From contig CAVYJM010000015.1 of assembly GCA_963768855.1 (NCBI GenBank), forward strand, positions 37,905 through 101,904: a stretch of DNA of 64,000 nt. The letters run 5' to 3'. Numbering within the stretch: position 1 is the stretch's first letter; every line of letters starts with the position of its first letter. Source of the DNA: an uncultured Thermoplasmata archaeon (lineage in GTDB: Archaea; Thermoplasmatota; Thermoplasmata; RBG-16-68-12). A program made the position numbers and the translations under genes. Of the stretch, positions 10,223 to 20,800 are shown piece by piece. The notes below the pieces were generated by a model. It did not search any database, was not told the DNA's origin, and saw only the letters and a list, made by a program, of their open reading frames with translations.

Positions 10223-11113
10223 GTGCGCATCCACTTCCAGGCCGTGCCGTGGGATCTCTACGCAGCCGCCATCTACTCGCTCGTGGTCTCCGTCGGCCTG
10301 CTCGCCGCAGGTGCCGGCAGCCCGTTCGGGCTCGTCCTCATCCTGTTCGTGCCAGGCTACCTCGCAAACTCGGCCCTCCTGCCCCGCAAAGGCGACGCGG
10401 ACGCTCTCCTGAGGCTCGCCCTCAGCGTCGGGCTCAGCCTCGCCCTCGCCGCGTTCGCGGGCCTCGTCCTGAACTTCACCCCGTGGGGGATCAGCTTCGA
10501 CTCGATGATCCTCGCGCTCCTCGTGCTCTCCCTCCCCCTGGCGGTCGTGGCCTACCAGCGCCGGATGAGCGTCCCACCGAACGAGCGGCTCGAGGTGTCC
10601 GTCCATCTCGCGCCCGTGCGCTGGTCGGAGTACGCTTGGAGCGAGAAGATCCTGGCGGTCGTCCTCGTGGTCACCCTCGCCGCAGCGATTCCGCTCCTCG
10701 GCCTCGCCTTGACGCAGCCCAGGCCCACCGAGCCGTTCACGGAGCTCTACATCCTCGGACCGACGGGCAACTTCACAGGCTACCCCACCCGCCTCAACGT
10801 CTCGCAGCCCGGGACGGTGCAGGTCGTCGTCGCGAACCACGAGGCCGCCGCGGTGAACTACACGCTCCGCGTGGACCTCGTGGGGGTTCGAATCGTGTAC
10901 AATGCGACCGCCGACACCAATGACACGATCGAGGTGAACCGGACGACATGGTCGTGGGACAACAAGACGCTCCCGGACGGGGATGCCTGGACGCAGACCT
11001 ACACGTTCGCCATCCCCTCCGCGGGCACGTGGCAGGTGCAGTTCCTCCTGTACCGCAACGGGGCGCTGACAACGATCTACCGGGAAGCGGCCCTGCTCGT
11101 CTCCGTTCCCTAG
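10223..11113 (+). CDS. DUF1616-type archaeal membrane protein
   Basis: LFVPGY, RLALSVGLS, LNFTPWGI, EPFTELYILGP, YPTRL and VANHE are characteristic motifs; the family usually sits in archaeal glycosylation loci. Confidence 0.85.
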   Translation: MRIHFQAVPWDLYAAAIYSLVVSVGLLAAGAGSPFGLVLILFVPGYLANSALLPRKGDADALLRLALSVGLSLALAAFAGLVLNFTPWGISFDSMILALLVLSLPLAVVAYQRRMSVPPNERLEVSVHLAPVRWSEYAWSEKILAVVLVVTLAAAIPLLGLALTQPRPTEPFTELYILGPTGNFTGYPTRLNVSQPGTVQVVVANHEAAAVNYTLRVDLVGVRIVYNATADTNDTIEVNRTTWSWDNKTLPDGDAWTQTYTFAIPSAGTWQVQFLLYRNGALTTIYREAALLVSVP

Positions 11114-11208
11114 GTGATCCCTCCGCGAGGATGCGGTCGCGAAGCGGGAGCAAGGACCGCAATCCGAAGCCGGCCCAATCGGGCTCGAGGCCCGGACCGA
11201 GGCCGGAC

Positions 11209-12309
11209 TCAGTTCTCTCCGGCGAGCTCTTCGTACTGCCGATCGAAGAACTCGGTGAGCTTCTTCCAGTCCCGGTGCTCGTGTACGAAGGCCTGGCCGC
11301 GGCGACCCAGTTCCGGATGGTCCAGAGCCGCCAAGGTCTGCCGCTCGAGATCCTCGAGGGACGAGGGATCGAAGAGGAAACCGCCGCCGGAGTCCTGGAT
11401 GATCTCGCGGGGGCCGAACAGGTTCGGACCCACGACCGTCTTCCCGCACGTCATCGCCTCCGGGAGCGTCGTCGACGCGGACTCATAGAGGCTCGTGCTG
11501 ACGTGGACCGAGCAACCCTGGAAGGCGGACACGACCATGGGACGGGGCAGCCGCTCGAAGTAGCGCACATTGGCAGGCCAGGGCTCCCTCACTTCCTGCT
11601 GGGCCTCCGCGAGCGGACGGTCCGTCACGACGACGAACACGCGGTCTGGGATTCGCTTCGCGAGCCAGACGAAGGAGTCCAAACCCTTCTCGTGAGAGAG
11701 CCTCCCCACCCATAGGAGATACCCGGGCGGCAGCCCGCTGGTCTTCAGGAAGTCCTCCGGGCCCGTGCGGTCGAACTCGGCGAAGTCGATGCCGGGCGGG
11801 GTGACCGCCGGCGAGAGGCCCGTCCGCTCCTTCACGTAATCCCGTAGCCACCGGGCCACGACGGTCGACCGGGGAGCGGCCTGGACCACACGGAGCGCCG
11901 CCGCGTTATACTCCCGGATGTCGCGGATCATGTCGGGCCGGTGGGGCCAGTGCTCCTCGAACCCGACGCCATGGAGGGTGAACATCCATGGGAGGAATTT
12001 CGGCATGGAGCCCATGACCTCCGCGTACACGATCGACCGGTGGACGTGGGCCACTCGTTCGCGGCGAGCGATGCGCTCGAACGCGGGATAGGCGAACGAC
12101 AGGGCCCGGCTCCGGCGTCCCGCCCAACGGAGACCCCAGACGATTTCCTCGACTTCGCGGGCGACGTGCAGATCGTGTCGAGAATGGGCGGCGATCGACT
12201 GGAGGAAGCGGGCGCCGCCACCGGGTCGCTTCGCGAGTGGGCCGATCCAGACTCGGAGACGTTCAGTGGTCGGACGGCTCCCCCCGGGGGTGCGCGGATG
12301 CCGCCCGTC
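11209..12309 (-). CDS. Glycosyltransferase family 4; frame extends 85 codons above the annotated GTG but has no canonical start
   Basis: C-terminal TSLYESASTTLPEAMTCGK and WVGRLSHEKG. Upstream in-frame LRVWIGPLAKRPGGGARFLQ (from 12258) resembles a GT4 N-terminus. The frame is closed by TAG TAG at 12315-12310. Confidence 0.8.
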   Translation of the reverse strand, partial: DGRHPRTPGGSRPTTERLRVWIGPLAKRPGGGARFLQSIAAHSRHDLHVAREVEEIVWGLRWAGRRSRALSFAYPAFERIARRERVAHVHRSIVYAEVMGSMPKFLPWMFTLHGVGFEEHWPHRPDMIRDIREYNAAALRVVQAAPRSTVVARWLRDYVKERTGLSPAVTPPGIDFAEFDRTGPEDFLKTSGLPPGYLLWVGRLSHEKGLDSFVWLAKRIPDRVFVVVTDRPLAEAQQEVREPWPANVRYFERLPRPMVVSAFQGCSVHVSTSLYESASTTLPEAMTCGKTVVGPNLFGPREIIQDSGGGFLFDPSSLEDLERQTLAALDHPELGRRGQAFVHEHRDWKKLTEFFDRQYEELAGEN

Positions 12310-12358
12310 CTACTAATAACCGCGCTTGGAGGACCCGAACCTCCGCGGGAACGTGAAC

Positions 12359-13555
12359 CTAGGTGCGAGCGCTCGCGGCGAGGAACGATTCGAGGTCCTT
12401 CGCGTAGCTCTCAAGGGAATGATGTTCCCGCACCGTTTGCAGCGCGCGCGCCGTGATCTCGGATTCGTCATCCTCTAAGGTCCGGATGATCGAGTCCGCC
12501 AACTGCTCGGGCGACTTCTCCGGAACGAGATGCCCCGTGTCGCCGTCCACGACCAACTCGCTGAGCCCGCCGATGTCGCTGCACACCAGCGGAACGCCGG
12601 ACGCCATGGCCTCTATCGCCGAAATCGATGACGCTTCCTGGATTCCCTGGATCGTGATGGACGGGATGACGACGACATCCGCGACGTTGTACAGGTAGGG
12701 GATGATCGGAGGGGCCACGCCGCCCAGGAAAGTGACGCGGCCTTCCACGCCGAGGCTCTTTCGGAGCTGGAACAACTCCGGGTACTGGATGCCTTCTCCG
12801 GCGATGAGGAACTGGACCCGCTCCCTGCGCTCGGCGAGGATCTTCGCGGCGCGAATGAAGACGTCGACCCCATTCTTGGGGCTCAGCCTCCGCGGGCAGA
12901 GAACCACCTTGGCATCCTCCTTGACGTACTCGTCGAGATGCAGGCCGCTGCGATCGAGCGCCTCGCGTGCGACCGACTTGTCCCGAGGCCTGAATTCGGA
13001 CGTGTCCACGAAGTTGAGCCGAACCGACATCTTGCGGGGATCCGGGTTCGCCTCTTCCAGGATGTAGTTCTTGATCCGGGAGTCCACGGCAAAGATGAGG
13101 TCGGCGTGGCGATAGGCGTACTTCTCCAGGGCCCGCGCGAACTCCGCGTCCCGGGTGTTAGGCTGCAGGAAGCCTGCATGCAGGTCCCCGAAGGTGTAGT
13201 AGTCATGCACCGTCAGGAGGACGGGCACGTCGAGGAACCGGGCGATCCAGCGAGCGCCGAGCAAGCAGGAAACGTGATGGGCGTTCACGAGCTTCGTGTC
13301 CGAGCGGACTACGTGCCGGAGCGCCAAGGAGGCGTGGACGACCTCGGTCAGAATCGTGGAAACGGCCAGGTGTTTTCCAGGGAACAACTTGGAGATCCAC
13401 CAGCAGGCGCCGAGAACGGGCTTTGGAATCGTGTTGTGGGACGAGAGGAGGCTCGTGTTGCCCGTGAGAGCGATGACCTTCTCGAGCGAGGCCATGTGGG
13501 ACGAGGCGCCCCCCATTTCCCAGTCGGCCCAAGGAGCCATGAGCAGCACTTTCAT
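12359..13555 (-). CDS. Glycosyltransferase family 4
   Basis: MKVLLMAPW..GGASSH, CPRRLSPKNG, QEASSISAIEAMASGVPLV. Confidence 0.92.
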   Translation of the reverse strand: MKVLLMAPWADWEMGGASSHMASLEKVIALTGNTSLLSSHNTIPKPVLGACWWISKLFPGKHLAVSTILTEVVHASLALRHVVRSDTKLVNAHHVSCLLGARWIARFLDVPVLLTVHDYYTFGDLHAGFLQPNTRDAEFARALEKYAYRHADLIFAVDSRIKNYILEEANPDPRKMSVRLNFVDTSEFRPRDKSVAREALDRSGLHLDEYVKEDAKVVLCPRRLSPKNGVDVFIRAAKILAERRERVQFLIAGEGIQYPELFQLRKSLGVEGRVTFLGGVAPPIIPYLYNVADVVVIPSITIQGIQEASSISAIEAMASGVPLVCSDIGGLSELVVDGDTGHLVPEKSPEQLADSIIRTLEDDESEITARALQTVREHHSLESYAKDLESFLAASART

Positions 13556-13794
13556 GATGCTCGATCCCCGCTCCGCGTCCCCTTCATCGTGCGACCCGAT
13601 GCTCTTCTGAAAAACCGATCCAGACGGAACTCAGATACGTCGCCCCAGCCGGTTCCTTCCTCCCGAGCGCCGCTCGATGAGGCCGGTCTTATTTCAACGT
13701 TCTTTCCGCCCTCGCGGGAATCAGTTCGACGAGTGTCTAACGCCCCCGCGTGCCGCCGCGCCATCGAAGTGCGAAGGAGCGCGCTGAGACCCCG

Positions 13795-15090
13795 CTAGGG
13801 GTTCTGCTCCCGTGGCGGCTCCGCCGACCACGAGTGCCTCATCAACGACGTACCGATCCACCACGATTCGACCATCTTCCCCGAGCCGAAGAAGTCCCCG
13901 CTCTCGACGCGGAGCATGACCCCGCTCGGGCAGAGCAGCTCGAGTTCGTGAGGACCCCGCAGGGTGACGGGCAGATTGTACTCTCCCGGGGCAAGGGGCA
14001 CCTCCGGAATCCGGCAGACGAACGAGGTGAGGGGTGAATCGATCCTCAGATCCTCATCCGTGAGCAGGTTGCTGACGTTCGCGATGCGGCGACCCGAGGT
14101 GTCGTCGATTCCGATGTCGATCGCGACGCCTCCCGAGACTCCCTTCGTCTCGAACGTGCATCGGATTAGGAACGTCTGTCCCGACACGACCCGGTCGATG
14201 ACGTGGCCCTGCTCGTCGAGGAAGTCGACTGCGACGAGGGACGCGCGACCGTCCGGCGTCGTGGCCAGGGTCCGGCCGGACTGCGCGGTGGTCGGCACGG
14301 ACTTGAGGTACTGGTCGACCACGTAGTGCGGCTCCCCGTCGCACACGAGGCGGCCCTCCGCCAGCATGAATGCGCGCGTGCAAATCCCCTGGATCGAGGC
14401 CATGTTGTGACTCACGACGAGGACGGTCCTCCCTTCCCTCGTGATCTCCCGCATCTTGCCCAGGCTCTTCTTCTGGAACGCGGTGTCGCCGACCGCGAGG
14501 ACCTCGTCGACGAGGAGGATCTCCGTGTCGAGATGGGCCGCCACGGAGAAGCCGAGCCGGACCTGCATCCCGCTCGAGTACCGCTTGACGGGAGTGTCGA
14601 TGAACTTCTCGTACTCCGCGAACGCGACGATCTCGTCGAACTTGCGATCGATCTCGGCCCGCTTCATGCCCAGGATCGCGCCGCTGAGGTAGACGTTCTC
14701 GCGGCCCGTCAGCTCCTGGTGGAATCCGGTTCCCACCTCCAGGAGCGAGCCGATCCGCCCGTGGATCTCGCCCCGGCCCTCCGTGGGATCCGTGACGCGG
14801 GAGAGGATCTTGAGCAACGTCGTCTTCCCGGCCCCGTTGCGGCCGACGATCCCGACGACCTCGCCGGGCTCAACCGTGAACGAGACGTCCTTCAGGGCCC
14901 AGATGTAGGACGATGCGTCGGAGTCAGACCCGGCTGCCCCGCTTCCGCCGTTCGAACCGAGCCGACCTCGGGCTCTCGAGAACGGCCCCATGAGGGTGTC
15001 CCGGAGCGTATTGTAGCTGTACCGCTGCCCGATCCGATATCGTTTCGACAGCTTCTCGGCTCGAATCGCGATTTCGCTCACGTCGGTCAC
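13795..15090 (-). CDS. wzt: Polysaccharide ABC exporter ATPase (Wzt/TagH-like) with C-terminal Wzt_C carbohydrate-binding-type module
   Basis: WALKDVSF, GRNGAGKTT, YSSGMQVRLGFS, ILLVDEVLAVGD, then an ~150 aa beta-rich extension (PLAPGEY). True start GTG 15090 overlaps the wzm stop (GTGA). Confidence 0.92.
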   Translation of the reverse strand: MTDVSEIAIRAEKLSKRYRIGQRYSYNTLRDTLMGPFSRARGRLGSNGGSGAAGSDSDASSYIWALKDVSFTVEPGEVVGIVGRNGAGKTTLLKILSRVTDPTEGRGEIHGRIGSLLEVGTGFHQELTGRENVYLSGAILGMKRAEIDRKFDEIVAFAEYEKFIDTPVKRYSSGMQVRLGFSVAAHLDTEILLVDEVLAVGDTAFQKKSLGKMREITREGRTVLVVSHNMASIQGICTRAFMLAEGRLVCDGEPHYVVDQYLKSVPTTAQSGRTLATTPDGRASLVAVDFLDEQGHVIDRVVSGQTFLIRCTFETKGVSGGVAIDIGIDDTSGRRIANVSNLLTDEDLRIDSPLTSFVCRIPEVPLAPGEYNLPVTLRGPHELELLCPSGVMLRVESGDFFGSGKMVESWWIGTSLMRHSWSAEPPREQNP

Positions 15091-15941
15091 ACCACATCCG
15101 GAAGGGTCTTCTCGACCCGAGCAAAGTAGAACGCGCCGCTCACGAAGAGGACGAGGGCGACGAGGACGGAGAGCCAGGACGTCGCGTCGAAGCCAAAGGC
15201 CTGTCCGAGCAGGGCCCACCGGAACCCGTCGACGACCCCGACCATCGGGTTCAGGGAGTAGATCCATCGGAACGGGCCCGTGACGAACGAGGGCGGGTAG
15301 ATGACCGGAGTCGCGAACAGCCAGAACTGGGTGAGGAAGGGGATCGTGTAGTGGATGTCGCGATACCGCGCGTCCAGCGCGGAGAGCCAGAAGGCGATCC
15401 CCAGGCTCGTGACGATCGCGAGGAGCAGGAAGAGGGGGAGCGCGATCATCGCCAGGGTCGGAACGAGCCCGAAGTAGAGCATGAGCCCGACGAGGACGAC
15501 GGAGGCGATCCCGAAGTCGACGAGCCCGGCGACCACGGTCGAGGCGGGCAGGAGGATCCGCGGGAAGTAGACCTTCGTGATCAAGGCCTGGTTCGCCGTG
15601 ATGCTCATGCCGCCGGTCGCCAGGCCGGTGGCGAAGAGCCCCCACGGGAGGAGGCCCGCATAGGAGAAGGCGGGATACGGGATCCCGTTCGTCTGGATCG
15701 CCGCCACCTGTCCGAAGAAGATGGTGAACACGATCATCAGGAGCACAGGCTGGAGGATCGCCCAGGCGGCGCCGATCACCGTCTGCTTGTAGCGGACCTT
15801 GAGGTCGCGCCATGCGAAGAAGTACAGGAGCTCGCGGTACTCCCACATCTCGCGGAGGTTGATCCGGCTCCACCCCTTCGAGGGGCGGATCCGCAGAACC
15901 GGAGGGTGCTTGCGCGCTTGGGCGGGGACCGACTCGGCCAT
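15087..15941 (-). CDS. wzm: Polysaccharide ABC exporter permease (Wzm)
   Basis: WRDLKVRYKQTVIGAAWAILQP, ITKVYFPR, WLFATPVIYP, LNPMVGVVDGFRWAL. Confidence 0.95.
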   Translation of the reverse strand: MAESVPAQARKHPPVLRIRPSKGWSRINLREMWEYRELLYFFAWRDLKVRYKQTVIGAAWAILQPVLLMIVFTIFFGQVAAIQTNGIPYPAFSYAGLLPWGLFATGLATGGMSITANQALITKVYFPRILLPASTVVAGLVDFGIASVVLVGLMLYFGLVPTLAMIALPLFLLLAIVTSLGIAFWLSALDARYRDIHYTIPFLTQFWLFATPVIYPPSFVTGPFRWIYSLNPMVGVVDGFRWALLGQAFGFDATSWLSVLVALVLFVSGAFYFARVEKTLPDVV

Positions 15942-16271
15942 CTACCGGTCCCTCCTCCCGGCCCGGGCCGAGCAGAGCCCGCGTTCTCCGTCACCGCGGG
16001 CGTCACGCGGGCCTCCTGCGGCCCCGCCCGAACCGAGGGCGACGGGTGGGGTGAAGGGTACGGACGGAGCGGGCGTGGAGGGTCACCTTCTGGATGGCCG
16101 TGGCCGAACACGCCAGTCCCACTTATTTCTATTCGTTCGGGGCAGGGAGCCGGACGGGCGTTCGACCCTCCTTTGGGTCGTGGCCCTCGTCCCAGCGCGG
16201 AAGCCGGAACGGACGGCCGGGACATCGATCGGTCCGGCCCAACCCGTCCGAGCCACGAAGGGCCGGAGCCG

Positions 16272-16538
16272 TCACGCGGACGTGACGCCCCGGTTCCAAT
16301 CGAACATCGGGCGGTAGCCCATGAGGCGGTCGTACTGCTCGTCGTCGAGGCTGTCCCGCGCCTGCCGCAGGACAGACCGCATCGACTTGACGTCCATGGG
16401 CCGGTTCGAGGCCATGACCAAGAGGAGCTCGAGGTATTGGGAGACGACATTGAGGCGCATGCTGTCGTCGTAGTGCTCGAGCGGAAAGAGCCAGCCCCGG
16501 ACGGTCCGGAGGCTCGACGACGCGCGCTCCGTGAGCAT
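16272..16538 (-). CDS. Small hypothetical helical protein (88 aa)
   Basis: MLTERASSSLRTVRGWLFPLEHYDDSMRLNVVSQYLELLL has protein-like composition and GC3-rich codons; no family recognised. Confidence 0.45.
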   Translation of the reverse strand: MLTERASSSLRTVRGWLFPLEHYDDSMRLNVVSQYLELLLVMASNRPMDVKSMRSVLRQARDSLDDEQYDRLMGYRPMFDWNRGVTSA

Positions 16539-16963
16539 GACGGGGCCGTTCGGCTTGGGCCGCGGGTCCCACTCGCGAATCCCCTCATTCTGCGGTCGAT
16601 GCGCCTTCACGTTCTCCGGAGTGGGTGCCGTCGCGGTGTATGTAAGGCTTGGCGGGGCGGTATCAGAGGCGGTAATTATGCACGGCGCCGCCCCGCCGGG
16701 TCCGTCTGCGTACCCATGGCGTGGCGGGGTGGGCGTTGCGGGAAGCGGCAGGCTTATATGTGGCAAGGGGGAGGGTTCATAGGCTTGCACTCCCCTATCG
16801 TGAGGCACGTGAATCGGGGGAGTGCGGACCGCTTAGCGACCGGATGCGAGCCTCGGCGGGGCTCGGCCCTCGCTCGCGCGCACGCATCCGTCTGCCAGGG
16901 GATCGAACCGCCCTGGTTCGGCGGGCCGCGTGGATGGATGCCGTTCACAAAGGGGGAGGTCGC

Positions 16964-17539
16964 ATGACGGACAAGAGCTACGACGAACTGACTCGGGAGC
17001 TGGTACGACTACGGGAGCAACTGAATGCCGAGGAGAGCGCGGGGCCTCGGAAGAAAAGGCGGGGACTCGCGGCCTTCAAGGTCGAAGTGCTCGCTCTCGC
17101 GTTCATCCTGACCTCCGTCGGCGTACTCGCCACCTTCGTGCTCTTCTCGCAGACGCCGACCTACGTCTCGAGCGCGAACCTCACGAGCGGATGCGCCACG
17201 CCGAGCGGGGCGGCCGTCGGGTCCTTGCTCATCTTCTCGTGCCCGGCCGCGCCCATCCACGTCGCGAGCACCGCATCGGGCTCCGTGACCTATTCCGCAT
17301 TCACCCATCCGACGAACATCACGGATGCCTACCTGGCCGATGCAGCGGTGAGCAGTGGCACGACGTGCGCCCTCTGGAGTTCCCCTGGAAACGAGCCGAT
17401 CCCACTGGCCTTCGTGGGTGGCTCGATCTCCATCGGAACGAATGTGGGGACCCTACGTCAGAATCACGGATACTTCTACTGCATGGACTTCTCGTCCGCG
17501 CCGCCGAGCTTCAGCTTCACGGTGGACTGGACCCAGTAG
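16964..17539 (+). CDS. Single-pass membrane protein with N-terminal short coiled coil and extracellular Ser/Thr-rich beta domain
   Basis: GGGGGAGGT SD before ATG 16964. YDELTRELVRLREQL, then RKKRR, a TM segment and a Cys-containing beta domain. Confidence 0.7.
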   Translation: MTDKSYDELTRELVRLREQLNAEESAGPRKKRRGLAAFKVEVLALAFILTSVGVLATFVLFSQTPTYVSSANLTSGCATPSGAAVGSLLIFSCPAAPIHVASTASGSVTYSAFTHPTNITDAYLADAAVSSGTTCALWSSPGNEPIPLAFVGGSISIGTNVGTLRQNHGYFYCMDFSSAPPSFSFTVDWTQ

Positions 17540-17851
17540 AGCCCGTCCTTCGGTAGCCCGTCCCGCCCCCTCGAGGCGCGGTCCTCGGGGCGGCGAACCC
17601 GCCAGGATCCAGCTCCGCCCAGGCCATCGAGGACCTGGCGAAGGACCCGAGGCCACGCCGGGGCCCGGGCATCGGTCTCCCCGCAGGACGGAGGGGGGTT
17701 GGCGACTGCGCGTCGGAGCCAGCCGGACCATCCACGAACTCGGAGCGAGGGACCTCCAGTTTACGCGGTCGGGCCATTGGTCCAGGGCGTACCTGGTCGG
17801 ACCCGGGGACGAAGACGCGGAGATCGCACGGGCCTGGGGAGCCTTCTCCGC

Positions 17852-20800
17852 CTAGGGCCGCGGAGGTGGCAGGTCGATCGGGTCGGGCTCTTCGGGAGGG
17901 GTCCCCGCCCCGGGCGTCGTGCCGACCCTTGACTCCGGCGGCCCACGCTTCCTTCGCTGCCAGACGCTCAGGGCCACGAACCCCGCCACGATCGCCGCGA
18001 GCGCTCCAATCCCGATCCCTGCGGCCAGGACGCCGACATCGAATCCGGCCGAGGACGCCTGGACGATCACGCTGAACGAGGCAGTCGCCTGATTGCCGGC
18101 CGCGTCCACGGCCGTGCAGGTGACCGACGTCGTCCCGATTGGGAACGTGGAGCCAGACGCGGGGGAGCACGTCACGGTGGGCGCGGGATCCGCGGTGTCC
18201 GAGACCGTGGGCGCAAAATAGACCACGGCTCCGCTCGGTCCCGTCGAGTTCACGGTGAAATCCTCCGGCACGACGAGGGTCGGCCGGGTCGTGTCCCGCA
18301 CGGTCACCCGGAACGTGGAGGCCGCGCGGTTCCCGGTCTCGTCCACCGCCGTGCAGGCCACCGACGTCACGCCGAGCGGGAACGTGGAGCCCGAGGCAGG
18401 CACGCAGGTCGGGGCGAGGGGGCCGCCCAGGTTATCCGTCGCGGACGCCTCGAAGACCACCTTCGCGCCCGAGGGCGACGTGGCCTCCACGGTCACGTCG
18501 GCCGGTGCGGTGACGACCGGGGGAACGGGGTCCAGGATCCAGGGCTCGGCGCCCGTCGTCCCGTTGTCCGCGGTGACCAGCAAGGCACCGTTCAGGCCCG
18601 CCATGGACCCGCGTCCGAAGCCGTCGGGCCGGAGGGCGGCGAGGACCACGATAGGCCCAAAGAGGCCGCCACCGCCGAAGTACAGGCCGCTCACCTGGGC
18701 CGTCCCTGCGGCCGTCCCGTTCGTGCGCCACAGGACGGCGCCGCCCGTGCCGTCGTCCGCGAGGAAGTACAGGACGCCGTCAATCGGGGTGATCATGCCG
18801 GCACCGCCGCCCAGCGGACCGGGGAGCAGGTCGAGGACCATGCTCGTGCCCGCGGACGTGCCGTCGCTGCGCCAGAGCTCCGGGCCGTGGACCCGGTCGT
18901 CCGCCGCGAAGTACGCGATGCCCTGGAAGACCGTGATGGGGCCGAAGATGCTGCTGTTCGCCCCCGGCGCGATGTTCTTCACGAGGACCGTGCCCGCCGA
19001 GGTGGCGTCGGACCGCCAGAGCTCGCCCCCGTTGAGCGGATCCTCCGCGGCGAACAGGAGGAGATTGCCCAACGCACTCGCGTACCGCGCGTAGGAGCTC
19101 TCTCCGCCCGGGTAGATGTCGCGGAGCATGTACGTCCCCGCGTTCGTCCCGTCGCTGCGCCAGAGCTCACTGCCGTTCGCGTCGTATGCGGTGAAGAAGA
19201 GGAGCCCGTTCGCCACGACGAACTGCGAGGGGTATCCGCCGGACGTCCCCGGCACGAGGTCGCTCACGAGCTCGGTGCCCGCGGCTTCCCCGTCCGACCG
19301 CCACAGCTCGCATCCCGTGGTCCCGTTGCTCGCGGCGAAGTAGACGTCCCCGCTAAAGGGGATGACGGGGCCGCCGCAGTATCCGTCGGCGATCCCCGGC
19401 GCGATGTCCTGGACGAGGACCGTGCCCACGGCGGTGCCGTCGCTCCTCCAGAGCTCCAGGCCCAGCACGGGGTCCCTCGCGGCGAAGTACAGGCCGTCCC
19501 CGACGGCCGTCAGGTCCATCGCGCCGGCCTGCGCGCCGAGGTTCCGGACCAGGTGGGTGCCTCCCTCCGTGCCGTCGCTCGTCCACAGGTTGTACCCGCT
19601 CACCCCATCTCCCGCGAGGAAGTAGAGGGAGCCGTTCATGATCGTGAGATCGGAGATCATCGAGCCCCCGGGGCCGGGGTTGATGTCCTTGACGAGGCGC
19701 GTCCCCGCGCCGCTGCCGTCCGTGGCCCAGAGCTCGTCCCCGTGCTCCGTGTCGACCGCGCGGAAGAAGCTCACGTTGCCGAGGGTCGTGAACATGGAAG
19801 CGCCGCTGCCCTGGGTGCCCGTGTTCACGTCCTTCACGAGGACCGTGCCCGCGCTCGTGCCGTCGCTCTTCCACAGCTCCAAGCCGGTCGCATCCGACAT
19901 CGCGGCGAAGAAGAGTGCTGAGCCCAGGGCGGTCAGGCCCGTCGGGTAGGAACCGTCGGGGCCGGCGAGGATGTCCTTCAGGAGGACCGCGTCCCCGGGA
20001 CCACCCGCGGTCCGCCACAGTTCGTAGCCGTGGATGCCGTCGTTCGCGCGGAAGTAGAGGATCCCACCCACGGGCGTGAGAGAGTCCGGATAGCTGCCCA
20101 CGGAGCCGGGACCGATGTCCTTCGTCATCCACGTCCCGGAGGCGGTGCCGTTCGTGCGCCAGAGCTCCCAGCCGCTCGCGTTGTAGGCGGTGAAGTAGAG
20201 CAGGCCGCCCGCGACGGTGAGGTAGGACGGGCTGCTGCCGATGGATCCCGGGTACACGTCGTCGACCATCCACGTCCCCGATGCCGTGCCGTTGGTCCGC
20301 CAGAGCTCCTGGCCGCTCGCGTTGGTCGCGACGAAGTAGAGCAGGCCGCCCATCGGCGTGAAGAGGTAGGGATTGCTGTCGCCGAGCGGGTTGATGTCCT
20401 TCACGAGGTAGGTGCCCGCGGTCGTGCCGTCGCTCCGCCACACCTCCTGCCCGCTCGCGTTGGCCGCGCGGAAGAACAGGAGCCCGCCCCAGGACGTGAA
20501 GCTGCTCGGGCCGCCGGAGGAGGCGCCCGGGTAGACGTCCTTGACGAGCCGCGTGCCCGCGGTCGTGCCGTCCGTCCCCCAAAGTTCCGTGCCGTTGAGC
20601 GCGTCGGTGCCCGTGAAGAACAGGGTCGATCCGACGGCGGCGAGATTGTACCCGATGCTGAAATAGGCCGACGGGGAAGGGCCTCCAGACGAGGACCGTG
20701 CCCGCCTCCGTGCCGTCCGTCCGCCAGAGCTGCGTGCCGTTCACGGGATCCGTGGCCTGGAAGAAGACCGAGCCGGCGAAGGGTGTGCAGCTCATCGGGT

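Noticed and set aside
10885-10894. tRNA T-loop-like GGTTCGAATC
   Set aside because: It lies inside the DUF1616 coding frame and no cloverleaf or acceptor stem surrounds it.
13795-15873. 692-aa version of the ABC ATPase
   Set aside because: The extension is an alternate frame through wzm; the real start is GTG 15090 with a GTGA overlap.
20660-20690. Programmed frameshift in the ELWxxDGT gene
   Set aside because: There is no slippery heptamer or downstream structure, and it matches the window-wide +1 homopolymer error pattern.
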